Source: the human T2T-CHM13v2.0 reference genome, Homo sapiens
Reading direction: 5' to 3' (one strand)
DNA length: 64,000 bases
Assembly: GCF_009914755.1 (NCBI RefSeq)
Contig: NC_060926.1
Part shown: piece by piece, positions 51,414-64,000 of the stretch
Numbering within the stretch: the stretch's first letter is position 1
How the letters are laid out: each line of letters opens with the position of its first letter
The notes under the pieces: model-generated
Database searches by the model: none
What the model saw: the letters and a program-made list of their open reading frames with translations, nothing else
What the model was told of the DNA's origin: nothing
Translations under genes and position numbers: made by a program

Positions 51414-54400
51414 GTAGGATCATTTTTGTCTAATGTTTCTGACTAAGCCAATAACATTAATATTTGTTCTGAAACTATTTTGTTTCTCCTTAAATGTATG
51501 TATTTCTACGTAAATGTCTGTTCTTAATATTACATTATATTACATTACATTAAGATATATTTTATCATTACGTATAGCATGTCATATGAAAGAATTATAT
51601 TCATATATTTAAAGTCAGAAATAATATAGGTGATGATGTGTACTAATCTAGATAGCATAGGTTTGTTAGCAGTGCCATGCAAAATATTCAAACCTCCATT
51701 CCTCAGAATCATCATCCAAGGTAAGCAAATTCGATTTTCTAAAGGCAAAATAGCTAACAGTAGAGAAGAACAAAAGTTTAGCAAAAATGAACTTGAAATA
51801 TTTTTAGTGTAATAATTTAATGTTAAAAATTTAATGAATTACCCCATATTGTGTAGAGTTTACAACTAATTTGAGATAAACATTTATCTTATTGTTGCAA
51901 TTATGTGCTGTGCATTCTATAATGTTATTATATTTAGTTTTTATTCGACAATGATATAAGTATTATCAATTAGATAAAATATTTTATCCTTGTTGATGAG
52001 GAATAGTGTAGCAGCTGATTTTATGAACCACACAATAATTCCAGTTGTCCATTTATAAGGTTAAAAATACAGTTGCATCTGCATCTTTAATGATAGAGTT
52101 TACTAAATAATGTATATATGTTATTGAATAATATATTTTTTCTTTGCTATTGTGATACATGTTTTAAACTATTTTAAGTTTTGAGAATATTTTGAATCTT
52201 TGAGCATTATTTGTGGTAAATCAAAGTTGTGGCGATAGCAAAAACTTGATTTTAGGTGAAGAAGTAAAGAACAAATAAGAAGAAAATATTTTATTGTTTT
52301 AAGATAGTCCACGTTTATTCTTTAGTCCAGAAAGTATGAATATACCAGGAGTAATTCTAGAGCCAGAAGATAATTGTGTGTTTCTTGGGACTGGTTTCAT
52401 AATATTGCCATCACATATCTGAAATTTAGAAAATGGTAAGTTTGTCTTCTTAACAAACTTTAAGTTATGTTCCCATTACAGATTGGCATATGAACCACAC
52501 TAGTAACAATGGCTTCTTTAAAAATGTTTTAGTAATATTCTTGTTAAGACATTTATGGTCTGCCAGAATTAAAAAAAGAAAACACTCTTCAAAATAGAAG
52601 TCTCAACTATGGGAATTTCATCTTATATTGCAAAAGCCTATTAAAGGGTCAATTTATAGTTTTTGGCATATATAATCTACATTGACACCATAGCTCTAAA
52701 GGAACTCTTACAGCTTTCACTTGATTTTCATAAACATTTCACATCCTTAAATCCCTTTTTATTATCTTGAGCTAGCATTCAAGTATTCATGTCTTTGAAT
52801 TTTGAACTCCGAAATTTCAAAATTTTGTCTGTACTTCCTAATAGTAGAAGTTAAAAGGTGCTTTGAAATATCATTACAATTAATAATAGCCATGTATTTT
52901 ATTGTCATTAAATATGTTGCCACTTGCTCTTTGCCATCCTTGTCATCCAGCCCAAAAGTTATTTGCATACTTAGATAAACATGATTTTAAATAAATTACA
53001 GTACCTATCTTCTGTCATACAGGTCAGTGTGATTTTAAGGCCCTTGGTACATCAAACCTATTTTTTTCTCTCCATGACTGATATATACTTGGTGATACAC
53101 TAATATTAAGAAAAGCATAAGAATCAGCAGTAGAACAGCAAGAAACATCAAAGACAACACGTATGAACGAGGGACTCTAATGAAAACACTTTATCAGTCT
53201 GAAGAAATATGATTTCAACCTGACCTTCCCATCCCTTTGACCATTTCTTTAAGGAACATACCATAATAAATTTTAGTTCCATGTGTGTGAGAAATTACTG
53301 TCATAAGGATTTTCTCATTGAATAATGAGAAATCTGTGCTTCTGTACAAGACAAGTCCTCAATGACTCTTCATTTAAAAGGTTGAATTATATCAAAAATT
53401 GAAGAAACTGGGGAAAACAAACATAAAATCTAATGAGAGAATGAAGAAAGAGGTGAAAGTCACAAAGTTAAGTGCTAGAAATTATGTTCATCTCAAGAGA
53501 GTAAAGAAGAGTGCAAATTAAGAGCCAAACAAAATTGAAATAAGGATGGGGCACATAGGTCTCTTCTAGTTGCATTTATTCAGGAAAAAAAATGATTTAA
53601 AGAGAAGTGTAACAAAATTGTATCATGAAAATATGAGAATAAAATAAAATCTAATTTAGTAATCTCAAAATACACATTCATTTGAATATACCTTTATTTA
53701 TTCCCAGTGGCAAGCCAATACAAGCCTATATGATGTAATCTTTTTCAAAAAAAGCAAGAATATAATTGACCCTATTGGCAATAATGAACATGTATTGAGG
53801 GCTCACATTAGTTATGTCTAACCATTTTTTCTAGTCAAACCTCTGTGACAGAACTAAATTGTGCAGTTATATACACCTAGCGTGTTATTTGTCACAACTT
53901 ATATAATGTGAGGCCAGGCAATGGTCTGCTGTCTCCGCTGTGCTCTTGGACTATTGAAAACACACATGTAATGTCATCATAATGTTATGTAACACATGTG
54001 GAATTATAAATAGCATCCTGTCTGAGATATTTCATATAAGGAATGTGGGTGGTTATTAGATACTTTAAGTGGCCATTACATAAAAGTTGCTAATAATATT
54101 TAATGTCTCTAGATCAGTTTAATTTAAGGGTGTCTCAAGGTTGTGAGGTGTACTGTTTAAAAAGAGTTATTTTCTTATGAAATGACAGATCTTTATAAAT
54201 AAGGGATTTCTTATCACTGCAAATCCAACACAGTATAGGAATAAATTGAAAGTAGAGGTCATTAAAAGGCTGAAACTGTTATCTATAATCTTAAATTTCA
54301 AATTTTGATGTATAACAAAATTTTATTTATTAACCTCATAAGTAAATATTGCTTTTGTGGATTTATAAAAGTATATATGTACTAATAAATAGTACCTTAT

Positions 54401-54671
54401 CTGTCTTAAAATAGAGATTATTCACAGAGTATCATTTTTAAAATGTAGCTTTGGCAAAAATGTTGGAAAACCAAAGGTGAAGAAAAAGAATATAGACTAT
54501 ATATTTCAGACCCTTAGGTTTAATCACATGTTCAGCACCTTTTAGACTTTAGGCACATTACCTATTTCTCCTCATGGAAATAATGGAAGAGACAATTGCC
54601 TTGCAGTGTTCTAACGTGGACTCAAAGGGATAATGATATTCTCTAATAAGGAACTCAGCATCTTCATCTAC

Positions 54672-55676
54672 TGTAGGGACCAACCCCACAAGGTCGGTGG
54701 GTCTCTCCCTGTGTGCGGCGACGAGAGAGTGTAGAAATAAAGACACAAGACAAGGAGATAAAAGAAAAGACAGCTGGGCCCCAGGGACCACTACCACCAA
54801 TGCGCGGAGACCAGTAGTGGCCCCGAATGTCTGGCTGTGCTGTTATTTATTGGATACAAAGCAAAAGGGGCAGGGTAAAGAGTGTGAGTCATCTCCAATG
54901 ATAGGTAAGGTCACGTGGGTCACGTGTCCACTGGACAGGGGGCCCTTCCCTGCCTGGCAGCCAAGGCAGAGAGGGAGAGGAGACAGAGAGAAAGACAGCT
55001 TATGCCATTATTTCTGCATATCAGAGACTTTTAGTACTTTCACTAATTGACTACTGCTATCTAGAAGGCAGAGCCAGGTATACAGGATGGAACATGAAGG
55101 CGGACTAGGAGCTTGACCACTGAAGCACAGCATCACAGGGAGATGGTTAGGCCTCCGGATAACTGCGGGCAAGCCTGACTAGTGTCAGGCCCTCCACAAG
55201 AGGTGGAGGAGCAGTCTTCTCTAAACTGCCCCGGGGAAAGGGAGCCTCCCTTTCCCGGTCTGCTAAGTAGTGGGTGTTGTTCCTTGACACATTTCGCTAC
55301 CGCTAGACCACGGTCCGCCTGGCAATGGGTGTCTTCCCAGACGCTGGCATCACTACTAGACCAAGGAGTCCTCTGGTGGCCCTGTCCAGGCATAACAGAA
55401 GGCTCGCACTCTTGTCTTCTGGTCACTTCTCACTGTGTCCCCTCAGCTCCTATCTCTGTATGGCCTGGTTTTTCCTAGGTCATGATTATAGAGTGAGGAT
55501 TATTATAATATTGGAATAAAGAATAATTGCTACAAACTAATGATTATTGATATTCATATATAATCATATCTAAGATCTATATCTGGTATAACTATTCTTG
55601 TTTTATATTTTATTATTCTGGAACAGCTCGTGTCCTTGGTCTCTTGCCTCGGCGCCTGGGTGGCTTGCCACCCACA
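54672..55676 (-). mobile_element. LTR13 solo LTR (ERVK class), 1005 bp
   Basis: Sense start tgtgggtggcaagccacccaggcgccgaggcaagagacc, TG/CA termini, 6-bp TSD atctac/gtctac, many CpGs retained. Confidence 0.9.
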
Positions 55677-56784
55677 GTCTACCATGTTTTATCCTAGTGC
55701 TGAAGGGGTCTGAGAGGTCAACTCATTCCTTTTAGGGATGAGAGAAATTAAACATATTGGTGCACAAGAAAGATGCTTGAGGCTGGGTGCCACTGTAGAA
55801 GTTTTCTAGGGAAAGCATAAGTATTAATAAACAAATAATAAAAGAAACAAGGATCAAAACCTCACTTTTATGTAATATTAAAAATTGCTTAATCAGTAAA
55901 GTTATATGTAATGCGATATATACATATATATTTTAAGTCAAGATATAAACATATAGGAATCACCCCCTAGAGTTTAGCTTTTCCTGTTGCTGTAAAAAAT
56001 CAGCCTCTCATACATTTAAAAAGTTGTATGTGGCACAGCATTATTTACATAATGTTTTATTATCAAATACATTGCTTGTGACAAACACAGATACATGTGT
56101 ATAGTAGTATATATTTATATCCCAAGTATTTGTGAAGGGATAAGTGCTCCTTTCTCATTAAACAGAAAGCCTCCTGGTAATATAATGCTACACATTTTTG
56201 TGAACATTCACTACCTAAATAATGTCTCTCACCTGGCCTACTCAAAATGCCATATGTTTGATCATTCAAAAATTTATTGCTATTTCAGAAAATGTTAAAT
56301 GGAATTGCGTAGTGAAAGTAATAAAAATGAACCATGAGAATTTATATACATACTTTTCCACGTCTCTCATTTCACCATGTTTATGTAGTTTAGCAATATT
56401 TTTCTCTCCTTTGTAAAACTAATTCCAGGAAATTTGCAAAGAAGTCACATCCTAAGTCCTAAGAAAATGCAGAAGCTGAAGTTTGAGCCAGATGGGCACT
56501 TTCCAGTAGAAAGCTTATCAGTATCAGATCATTAAAATGAGCAAAGTTTCCCAACATTATGTTCTCCACAATCGGAACCACAATAGAAATCCCAAAATGG
56601 GACGAAAATATGACTCCATTCAAAATGCAAAAAGTATCAGACCCCCCCCCCATTTTTTCATAACCTAACAAGATAACTCTAAAACCCTTGGTTCATATTT
56701 GATTCATCAGTTTCTTCTAGAAAAATCTACAGTTCATCATTTTTTATTTAATAGGAAATTTGCAGTTAATTCCCTCTGATAGAA

Positions 56785-56940
56785 GCAGTATAGTGTAAGG
56801 GAGAGAACATTTATTTAGAAGTTAGAAGCCCAAGTTTTGAATTTTCTCTCCACTAGTTACTAGCAAAATGATCCTGACAAAATTTCCAAATATTTCTGAG
56901 CCTCAGATTTTTTTTGTATTTAAAATGATAAAAATCTATA
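56785..56940 (+). mobile_element. MIR
   Basis: gcagtatagtg...tctgagcctcag.tt...taaaatg. Confidence 0.65.
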
Positions 56941-57470
56941 GGGACTTCTACTTCCAGACAAGATGTTGTAACAAAGACCAACCAGATTTATTCCTAACCT
57001 AAAACGATTGAAAGAAACAAAAATGTATGTACATATATGAAACAAGGGCTTTCAGACATGTAATATTTGGCAATAAAAAACTGTAATACCTGAGAGAGAG
57101 AAAGTAAACAAGGTGAGCCCTATGACTGCTCCAGAATATAGCCTGGAGAAAGTTTCTAGGTTTCAACTCAGGGATGAAGGGACTTTTGGCTAATTCCCAG
57201 AGTTGAAGAGCCAGTGGGTAGTCCAGGAAGGCCAAGGCAGCTTGAGTTTGCAGGGCAGGGTACAGGAGAGTTATGAGCCACACACAGAGAACTGGAGATC
57301 TGCAGAGTCCCCTCCAGTCTTCAGCTGGCTAAGAGTGAATACATGAAAGCCTGAGGCCAGAAAAAAATCTATCTTAAGCATTAGAAGGAAAATCCCAGGA
57401 GCTCACACAGGCCTGGAAATAATTTGTGTTCGCACCAACAAGAATGGGAAAACCTTACAATTCAAAAAGA
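56941..57470 (+). mobile_element. Old L1M (L1MC-like) 5' end
   Basis: ggacttctacttccagacaagatg..gtaaca...cctgagagagagaaagtaaacaaggtgagccctatga. Confidence 0.65.
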
Positions 57471-57830
57471 CAGCAGGTTGGCAAACTACTGCCCATGGGC
57501 CAGCTTGGCCTCTTTTCATATATGGAGCTTTATTGGAACACAACCTCGCTTATTTATTTACATATTCTCTAAGGCTGTTTTCAAACTACAACAGCAAGGT
57601 TGAGCATTTGCAGCAGAGATATATGGCCTGCAAAGTCTAAAAGATTTACTTTTTTTTTTTTAAAGACGGGGTCCTATGATGTTGCCCAGTCTGGTCTGGA
57701 ACTCCTGGGTGCAAGCAATCTTCCTGCCTCAGCCTCCTGAGAAGCTAGGAAGACAGACACGTGACACCATGCCTGAGGGTAGCCTAAAATATTTACTATC
57801 TTGCTCTTTACATAAAAATAAAATTGCTGA
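57471..57830 (+). mobile_element. MER58A-like hAT-Charlie element split by an Alu monomer
   Basis: caggttggcaaacta..gcccatgggcca...ttattggaacaca...tggcctgcaaagtctaaaa|...|agcctaaaatatttactatct. Confidence 0.8.
57651..57780 (-). mobile_element. Free Alu monomer (FLAM-like)
   Basis: Poly-T head, gttgcccagtctggtctggaactcctggg; 17-bp TSD agtctaaaagatttact/agcctaaaatatttact (15/17 match). Confidence 0.85.
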
Positions 57831-57939
57831 GTTAGAGTGCTCAGAAGAATATCGCCTCCATAGTGAAGCAACATTAACTCACACCTCTGGATCTTGTCCT
57901 ACACTAAAGTCTTTTGAACCACCGTGTTGGCTCATGTAT

Positions 57940-58120
57940 TCACCTATTTAATTCTCACCCCAACTCAATGAGATTGTTACTCTTGCCCCTGTTTTATAGT
58001 TGAGAAAACTGAGAGACAAAGCATTAACAGGCCCACTGTCACCTAGCTGATTAAATGTGGAGTTGAAATTCAAATCCAGAGTCTAAATCCAGAGACTAAA
58101 ATCTGTAAGTTTATGTTATT
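57940..58120 (-). mobile_element. MIR
   Basis: ttttatagttgagaaaactgag...attcaaatccag. Confidence 0.7.
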
Positions 58121-58638
58121 CTGACTCTTATTCTAATAATTGTATTTGGCTTTATATTGATACATGGCATCTGTTAGGAGAAATGATTCATTTGCTATGA
58201 ATATTGAAATAGTCCCATTAATGACACTTAGTGATAGTTGACTCAAAGCTAAGACATGGAATCCTGTTATTGACATTAGTTTTCAATTAGTTGCCTCTGG
58301 AAGAAAACACTAAAAGAGAATCTCCCTAGTATTATCTTCCAGGTTTCTGATAGGTCTTATGTGCAAGAGGCATTCTCATTACATCTGTTTTCCTCCTGGG
58401 AGCTAGAACTCCAACCTTACACTGCAGTGTAAATTCCTATTCAAGGAATTAGGGCTGAATTTAGTTGTCACCACAACTCAAAATGAGATTGTTATTCTTG
58501 CTTCTGTTTTATAGTTGAGAAAACTGAGAGACAAAGACAGCCAGCACCTCCAGAGCACTTTTTTGTCTTTTATTTAAGGCCTGGTCTGCTTAAAAATAAT
58601 TATTAAAAACTGAAATAGGAAAAGAAGAAAGTGGACTG

Positions 58639-58970
58639 GGCCAGGCATGGTGGCTCACACCTGTAATCCGAGTACTTTGGGAGGTTGAGGAGAGAGGATC
58701 TCTTGGCCAGGAGTTTAAGACTAGCCTGGACAACATAGCAAGATTTGATTTCTACAGAACATTTTAAAAATAGGCAGATATGGTAGGACAACAGTAGTCC
58801 CAGCTACTCAGGAGGCTGAGGTGGGAGGATCCCTGAGCCCAGGTTGCAGCAAGAGGATGGCTGAGCCCAGGTTGCAGTCAACTATAGTCCTGCCCCTGTA
58901 CTCTAACCTGGATGAGTGAATGAGACCTTGTCTCTAAAAAACAAACAAACAGACAAAAAATAATTTAAAA
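58639..58970 (+). mobile_element. AluJ with an internal 28-bp duplication
   Basis: ggacaacatagcaaga, gtgggaggat; flanks share aagaagaaag. Confidence 0.85.
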
Positions 58971-61900
58971 AGAAGAAGAAAGCAGGCCAACTTGTTTTAT
59001 CTCTAAAGCATAAGGCAGATCCAAACTAAGATGTTCTTCCGAAGAACAAGCCCATTCTACCACATCTGGACACAGAGCTGTAAGAGGAGAGGATAAAATA
59101 CAAGAGAGAAAAGGTGACCAGGTGGTCCTTCTGAATTATTTTACAATCCCATTATTTCATTACCTGTTGAGTGACCCTATTGTATATGCAAATCCATTTT
59201 GTTCTTAAGTAGAATTTGGGCCTCACTGATTCTGGAGAAAGGAACTGGAGAAACTGAAGGATGTCAGACTATGTGGCTCTTTGGATGCACAAGTCTATGA
59301 CTAATACCTGGAATGAGGTATGCTATGCTCCAGGAATCATGCTTCCTTTTTCAATCACCGCAGCACATGAGTTGGGTTTCCTTCCTCCCATTTTAAAGTT
59401 TTAAGAGATTTAATTACATGTGTATATTAATAAATACACATGTTCTTACAGTTCTGTAAAAGTCAGAATTGCATTTCATTAAAATGTAATTTTAATGTAA
59501 TGTAAATTAGGAACTGTACAGTAAAAAAAACTGTTATGCTTTATCTGGAAATTTAACTATTTTTCTCTTTGATTTTGTCTTCTTATCCCCTAGGCTAGAA
59601 GCAATTTTATTTATCTGCCAGCAAGTATGGAAAATAACATATTAATAATAATGGGGACACCTTGAAAACTTTAACTAAAAACAACCAAAAATATATTAAT
59701 TTAGGGATAATAGTCATAGTTGTGCAGTTTTATAACCATAAACCTGTTCTGATTTGTATAATGTCCATTCTGATTGGTTGGTGATCATGTCATATCAGTT
59801 ATTAAATATTTAGACTATCCTAATGATGACTCATAAATTATGATAACTAAAATGCATTTCAATTGCATGATTTATGATAGATTAATATAAATTAAAGTTA
59901 TTGACTTCTACAAAATATAATTTATTCAGGAAACGAAGTCTTGTTCCTTTCTGATATCAGGCTTGAAAGATTGTATACTTAATCTAATGATAACATCATT
60001 GCACAAATTATGAATCCTCCCTTTTGTAATTGTCTTCACAACTTTAAGCACAATGTTTTAAGGTTCCCCAATACCCACAAATCTTTTCTCTGAGTCTAGA
60101 CTGAATTTTCAGAAACATCGAGAAATTATTCATGTCTCCATCAGAAAAGGACATTTGAATCAGGAACAAACGAGGGTCTAAACAGTAAAATTGTTGTTCA
60201 TCTGTGATTTGTAATATGAAATTGAGTAGGACACTTAACCTCTCTTGACCTCAACTTTATCATGAATAAAATACAGGTTTTGATTAGGTGACGTTATCAA
60301 TTAGGTTCACAGCCTAAGTTTTAAACAATTGCATTTTTTCCTATGTTTAGAATAATTAGAACATGATATCCTGAGTCAAACATAATATTCTAAAATAAAA
60401 TTTAAATGCTCCTCTATGCTATTTTAAACTTGAAAATAAAACATCAAAATGTAAGTAAAACATTCCACTTTTCCTCGATCCAAAACAGAAATAAAATTTG
60501 ATATAAAAATATTATTTAAAAATTGAGCCCCAAACATAAATGGCAGCTGTATTGCTCAGCAAGACTAAATTGTTATTCTCGCATACCTCACAACACGGTC
60601 TCTGTAGCAACAGGAATTTTGAACAAAAAAAATGCATAAATTCCAACATTTTAATAAATTAAATTAATGACTGGATCAAAGTCTTCTTACAGGACTATAT
60701 AAGAACCTGACTCATTCTGATTAAATCAGAGCCGAAAAATAACTTTACAAATTGCAGCATTATGCAGGTGCAGTCAAAGGAGTGTCATTGGTTAATTCCT
60801 TAATTTGGGGTAGTATTTTTAAAATAGGTATATTTATAATTTTTGTTTAGCGCTCTGATACAGTTACATAAAAGTATAATTGTAATAATATAATTGGAAC
60901 GCTATAGGTATAGACAATCAAAAGGTGCTTGGAAATATTTTCCTACTTAAATACCTCCTTGGAAATTGTTTACAAAGCAACTATATAACGATGCACACAG
61001 TTATATAAAAACAATTTTAATCTAGCACATGCCCAAATAATGATGAATTCTAAATTAGTGTAATCATATTTAGTGAAGATATATGTATATAAACAATGTG
61101 CTAATGCCAAATTATTTTTCAACACATTTAAGAAATTCAAAAGATTTGTATCTATGTGGCAAGTATGAGAAATTAGTTGCGTAACTATACACATCTTAGT
61201 ATCATCTAGGCAAGAAACTACTCCAGTGCATATAATTAGCTATGCTGGTATGTTTGCAGATATAATAAAAATTACATGTATAGGCTGGCATAGGTCATTT
61301 TGAAACATGAAAAGATGACATTCTTCATACATACTTTAATCAATAGAAATAAATTTATACAAAGAAAGAAGAGATAATTAGACCTTTTACTTTTTTCCTA
61401 AGGAGCAGTTATTACATTTAAGAGGAATGTGTTATTTAGATCTAATAGCATATACTAGTCATTAGATTGAAAATCAAGAGTTAAAATTTGCAGTGCACAC
61501 ATACTGCATGACCCAAAGTCAAGTAGCTCAAGAATTTGTCATCTTTTTAATAGACTGTGTATACAAAATTGAATAGATAATCATCTTTAGTCTGCCAAGC
61601 TGATACTTTTTAATAGGATAATCCTTTAAGGGAAGCTGTAGTTCAACAGATGTGCAAATCAACCCAGAACAAATAGCACACTACTCTTGGAGATAGAGCC
61701 TGCACAGTTGGCACTTGTGATAACTTGTAGTTATATTTATCTAAAATTGAATTTCAAACTATATTCAAATATGATTTACTCAAATCTGATTGAACTCAGA
61801 AGTATATTTTCTCACTTGTTCTATAAGAGAAGTGTAAATAAAAATTGTTTAAAGTCATCTTCATGTAACATCTCCTACCATGCACTCTATCACCAATAGA

Positions 61901-62079
61901 AAAAATAATTGAAAGGAATAAATAGCATATTGTTATTATGAAAATCAATACTCTGTAAATATTTTGAAATAATGATAAGCATCTTTGAATAATAGACATA
62001 CATTTCAGACCATGTCTTCTATCCAAAAATGTTATCATTCCCTCTCTTATATATCTGTTGGTCTAACAGTGAGAATTAT

Positions 62080-62340
62080 GTTAATTCGGTTGACAAATAT
62101 TTAATGTAAGCCTACTATATGCCAGGCACTGTTCTAAATTCTAGGATTCAGTGTTAAAGAGATAGAAAATACTCTATTTACAAAGCAAATTGAAACAATA
62201 GACATGAATTTGCAGGTAATGACTAGGAGTATTGCAAACAAACTGTTCCACATGTTATATGCTACATGTGTCATCTGAGTGCTGTTTGTAAAGAATAGCA
62301 TGTATTTGAAGGTGGAGAAAAAAGATGGGCATTCCTATAA
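62080..62340 (-). mobile_element. L2 3' end
   Basis: acaaatatttaa..gcctactatatgccaggcactgttcta. Confidence 0.7.
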
Positions 62341-63155
62341 TATTAGCTATATAACCACCTAATTCTCTTCTAATGGACTCAATTAAATTAATGGACTCAG
62401 TAATTAGTGTAAGTTTTGATTATTACTGCTTTTTTGTTTTATCCTTTATGCCTTTCATAATATTTGATTTTTTTCTTGTATTTATACTACTTTAGGTACC
62501 ATTTTTCCTTATCCAAATTTGGTTGTAACAGTGGATCCTTCTGCTACTTGTGCTTATTTTCCTTCTACTTCTTTTGCTGTTCTTACTCCCCCTTAGCTCC
62601 TTTCTCTGTAATCATTTTTATCATCCTTTTTTTTCTTTTTCATCAGGTACAAATAACTGAATTAATCATACTTCTCAGTATGTGATAAACTTATTAATCT
62701 CCTTTTATGTGCCGTTCCTACTTTCATTCTTTCCCATTCTCCATGGAAGTTTTTAAATGTCTTTAATATGTTCTCTTAGATCTGCAGATATCCTTGAAGA
62801 ACGTATATATAGAGAAAATTATTCTGTGTATGTACGTATGTAAGTTTCTAAAAACTATGTTTTGCTATGCATTCCATTCAATTTCTTGCTTTTTCATTTT
62901 ACAGCATGTTCTTACATTTTACCCACATTAATATATGCCTATCAATTTAATCAATTCTGTCTACTTGATAGTATTTCATATTATTCATCTTACTATTTTA
63001 TTTATCCATTGCTGTAATGATGGATGCATAATTTTCCTATAAGCCCCTTGCTACCTAAAGGCATTCTGCACTAAACATTTTTCTCAAACAGAAGTTTACT
63101 GATTTCATCTAGAATGTCTTTTATTAAATTGAAATATTTAGATTATATTGAGTCA

Positions 63156-63759
63156 ATTGTTCAGCTCCCACTTATAAGTGAGAACATGAAGTGTTTGGTT
63201 TTCTGTTCCTGCATTAGTTTGCTGAAGATAATGGCTTCCAGCTCCATCCATGTTTCTGCAAATAACATGATCTTGTTCCTTTCTATGGCTGCATAGTATT
63301 CCATGGTGGAGATGTACAACATTTTCTTTATCCAGTCTATTATTGATGGGCAATTAGATTGATTTCATGTTTTTGCTATTGTGAATAGTGCTGCAATGCA
63401 TATATGTATATATGTATCTTTGTAATAGAATGATTTATATTCCTTTGGATATATACCCAGTAATGGGATTGCTGAATCAAATGGTATTTCAGGTTCTGGA
63501 TCTCTGAGAAACTGCCACATCATCTTCCACAATGGTTGAACTTATTTACATTCCCACCAACAGTGTAAAAGCATTCTTATTTCTACACAACCTCACCAGC
63601 ATCTGTTGTTTCTTGACATTTTAATAATTGCCATTCTAACTGGCATGAGATGGTATGTCATTGTGGTTTTGATTTGCCTTTCTCTAATGATCAGTGATGT
63701 TGAGCTTTTTCTCACATGTTTGTTGGTGGCATGACTGTCTTTTTTGGGAAGCGTCTGTT
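63156..63759 (-). mobile_element. Inverted 5' segment of an L1PA (about PA8-PA13): ORF2 C-terminal region
   Basis: attgttcagctcccacttataagtgagaac...gaagcgtctgtt; ORF2 C-terminal peptides in the ORF track. Confidence 0.88.
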
Positions 63760-64000
63760 GGACAGTGAGAGCACATGGACACAGGGAGGGGAATAACACA
63801 CACTGGGGCCTGTAGAGGGGTGGGGTTGATGGGTAGAGAGAGCATTAGGAAAAATAGCTAACCCACGCTGGGCTTAATACCTAGGTGATGGGTTGATAGG
63901 TACAGCAAACCACCATGGCACACTTTTACCTGTGTAACAAACCTGCACATTATGCACATGTACTCCAGAACTTAAAATAAAAATAACTTTAAAAATAAAT
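63760..64000 (+). mobile_element. Non-inverted 3'UTR and A-rich tail of the same L1PA
   Basis: cacatggacacagggagggg...ctgggcttaatacctaggtgatgggttgatagg...cagaacttaaaataaaa. Confidence 0.88.

Noticed and set aside
51149-51433. 94-aa ORF as a stand-alone gene
   Set aside because: The N-terminal part is translated microsatellite and begins at a TTG; only 51287-51413 is the spliced SPAG16 exon.
54558-55519. Overlapping 64-117 aa ORFs
   Set aside because: All fall within or overlap the GC-rich LTR13; no retroviral gag/pol/env sequence is present.
62371-62399. Short direct repeat taatggactca x2
   Set aside because: An 11-nt repeat in AT-rich decayed sequence; ordinary slippage.

Overview
This is primate, almost certainly human, genomic DNA: AT-rich, CpG-depleted and full of Alu, L1, L2, MIR and LTR elements. 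The window lies inside SPAG16 (PF20 orthologue, a WD40 protein of the axonemal central apparatus) on the + strand. Only two coding exons are present: 10363-10428 (66 nt, GICEQSLYGHMHSINDAIFDPR) and 51287-51413 (127 nt, GHMIASCDACGVTKLWDFRKLLPIVSIDIGPSPGNEVNFDSS/G). They splice in frame across a 40.9-kb intron and, from recall, are the third-last and penultimate exons (14 and 15). The rest is intron with layered transposon fossils. These include an antisense L1PA6-like element with both ends but a ~1.3-kb internal deletion, head-to-head with a doubly deleted L1MA that keeps a perfect 15-bp TSD; a twin-primed (5'-inverted) L1PA; solo LTRs (THE1, MST, MLT1, MER50, MER34/39-group, MER4-group, LTR13); eight + strand Alus and one - strand Alu monomer; and MER DNA transposons. 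Almost all ORF-track entries are repeat-derived or chance ORFs. I do not see a convincing novel biological system. The best leads are a cryptic upstream splice acceptor separated from a weak canonical acceptor by a TG/TA microsatellite whose length sets the reading frame, an L1 antisense-promoter/ORF0 cassette pointing into the last SPAG16 exons, a tail-to-tail fused MST LTR hairpin, and two local duplications. Repeat subfamily names come from recalled consensus sequences, and boundaries of old repeats are approximate.
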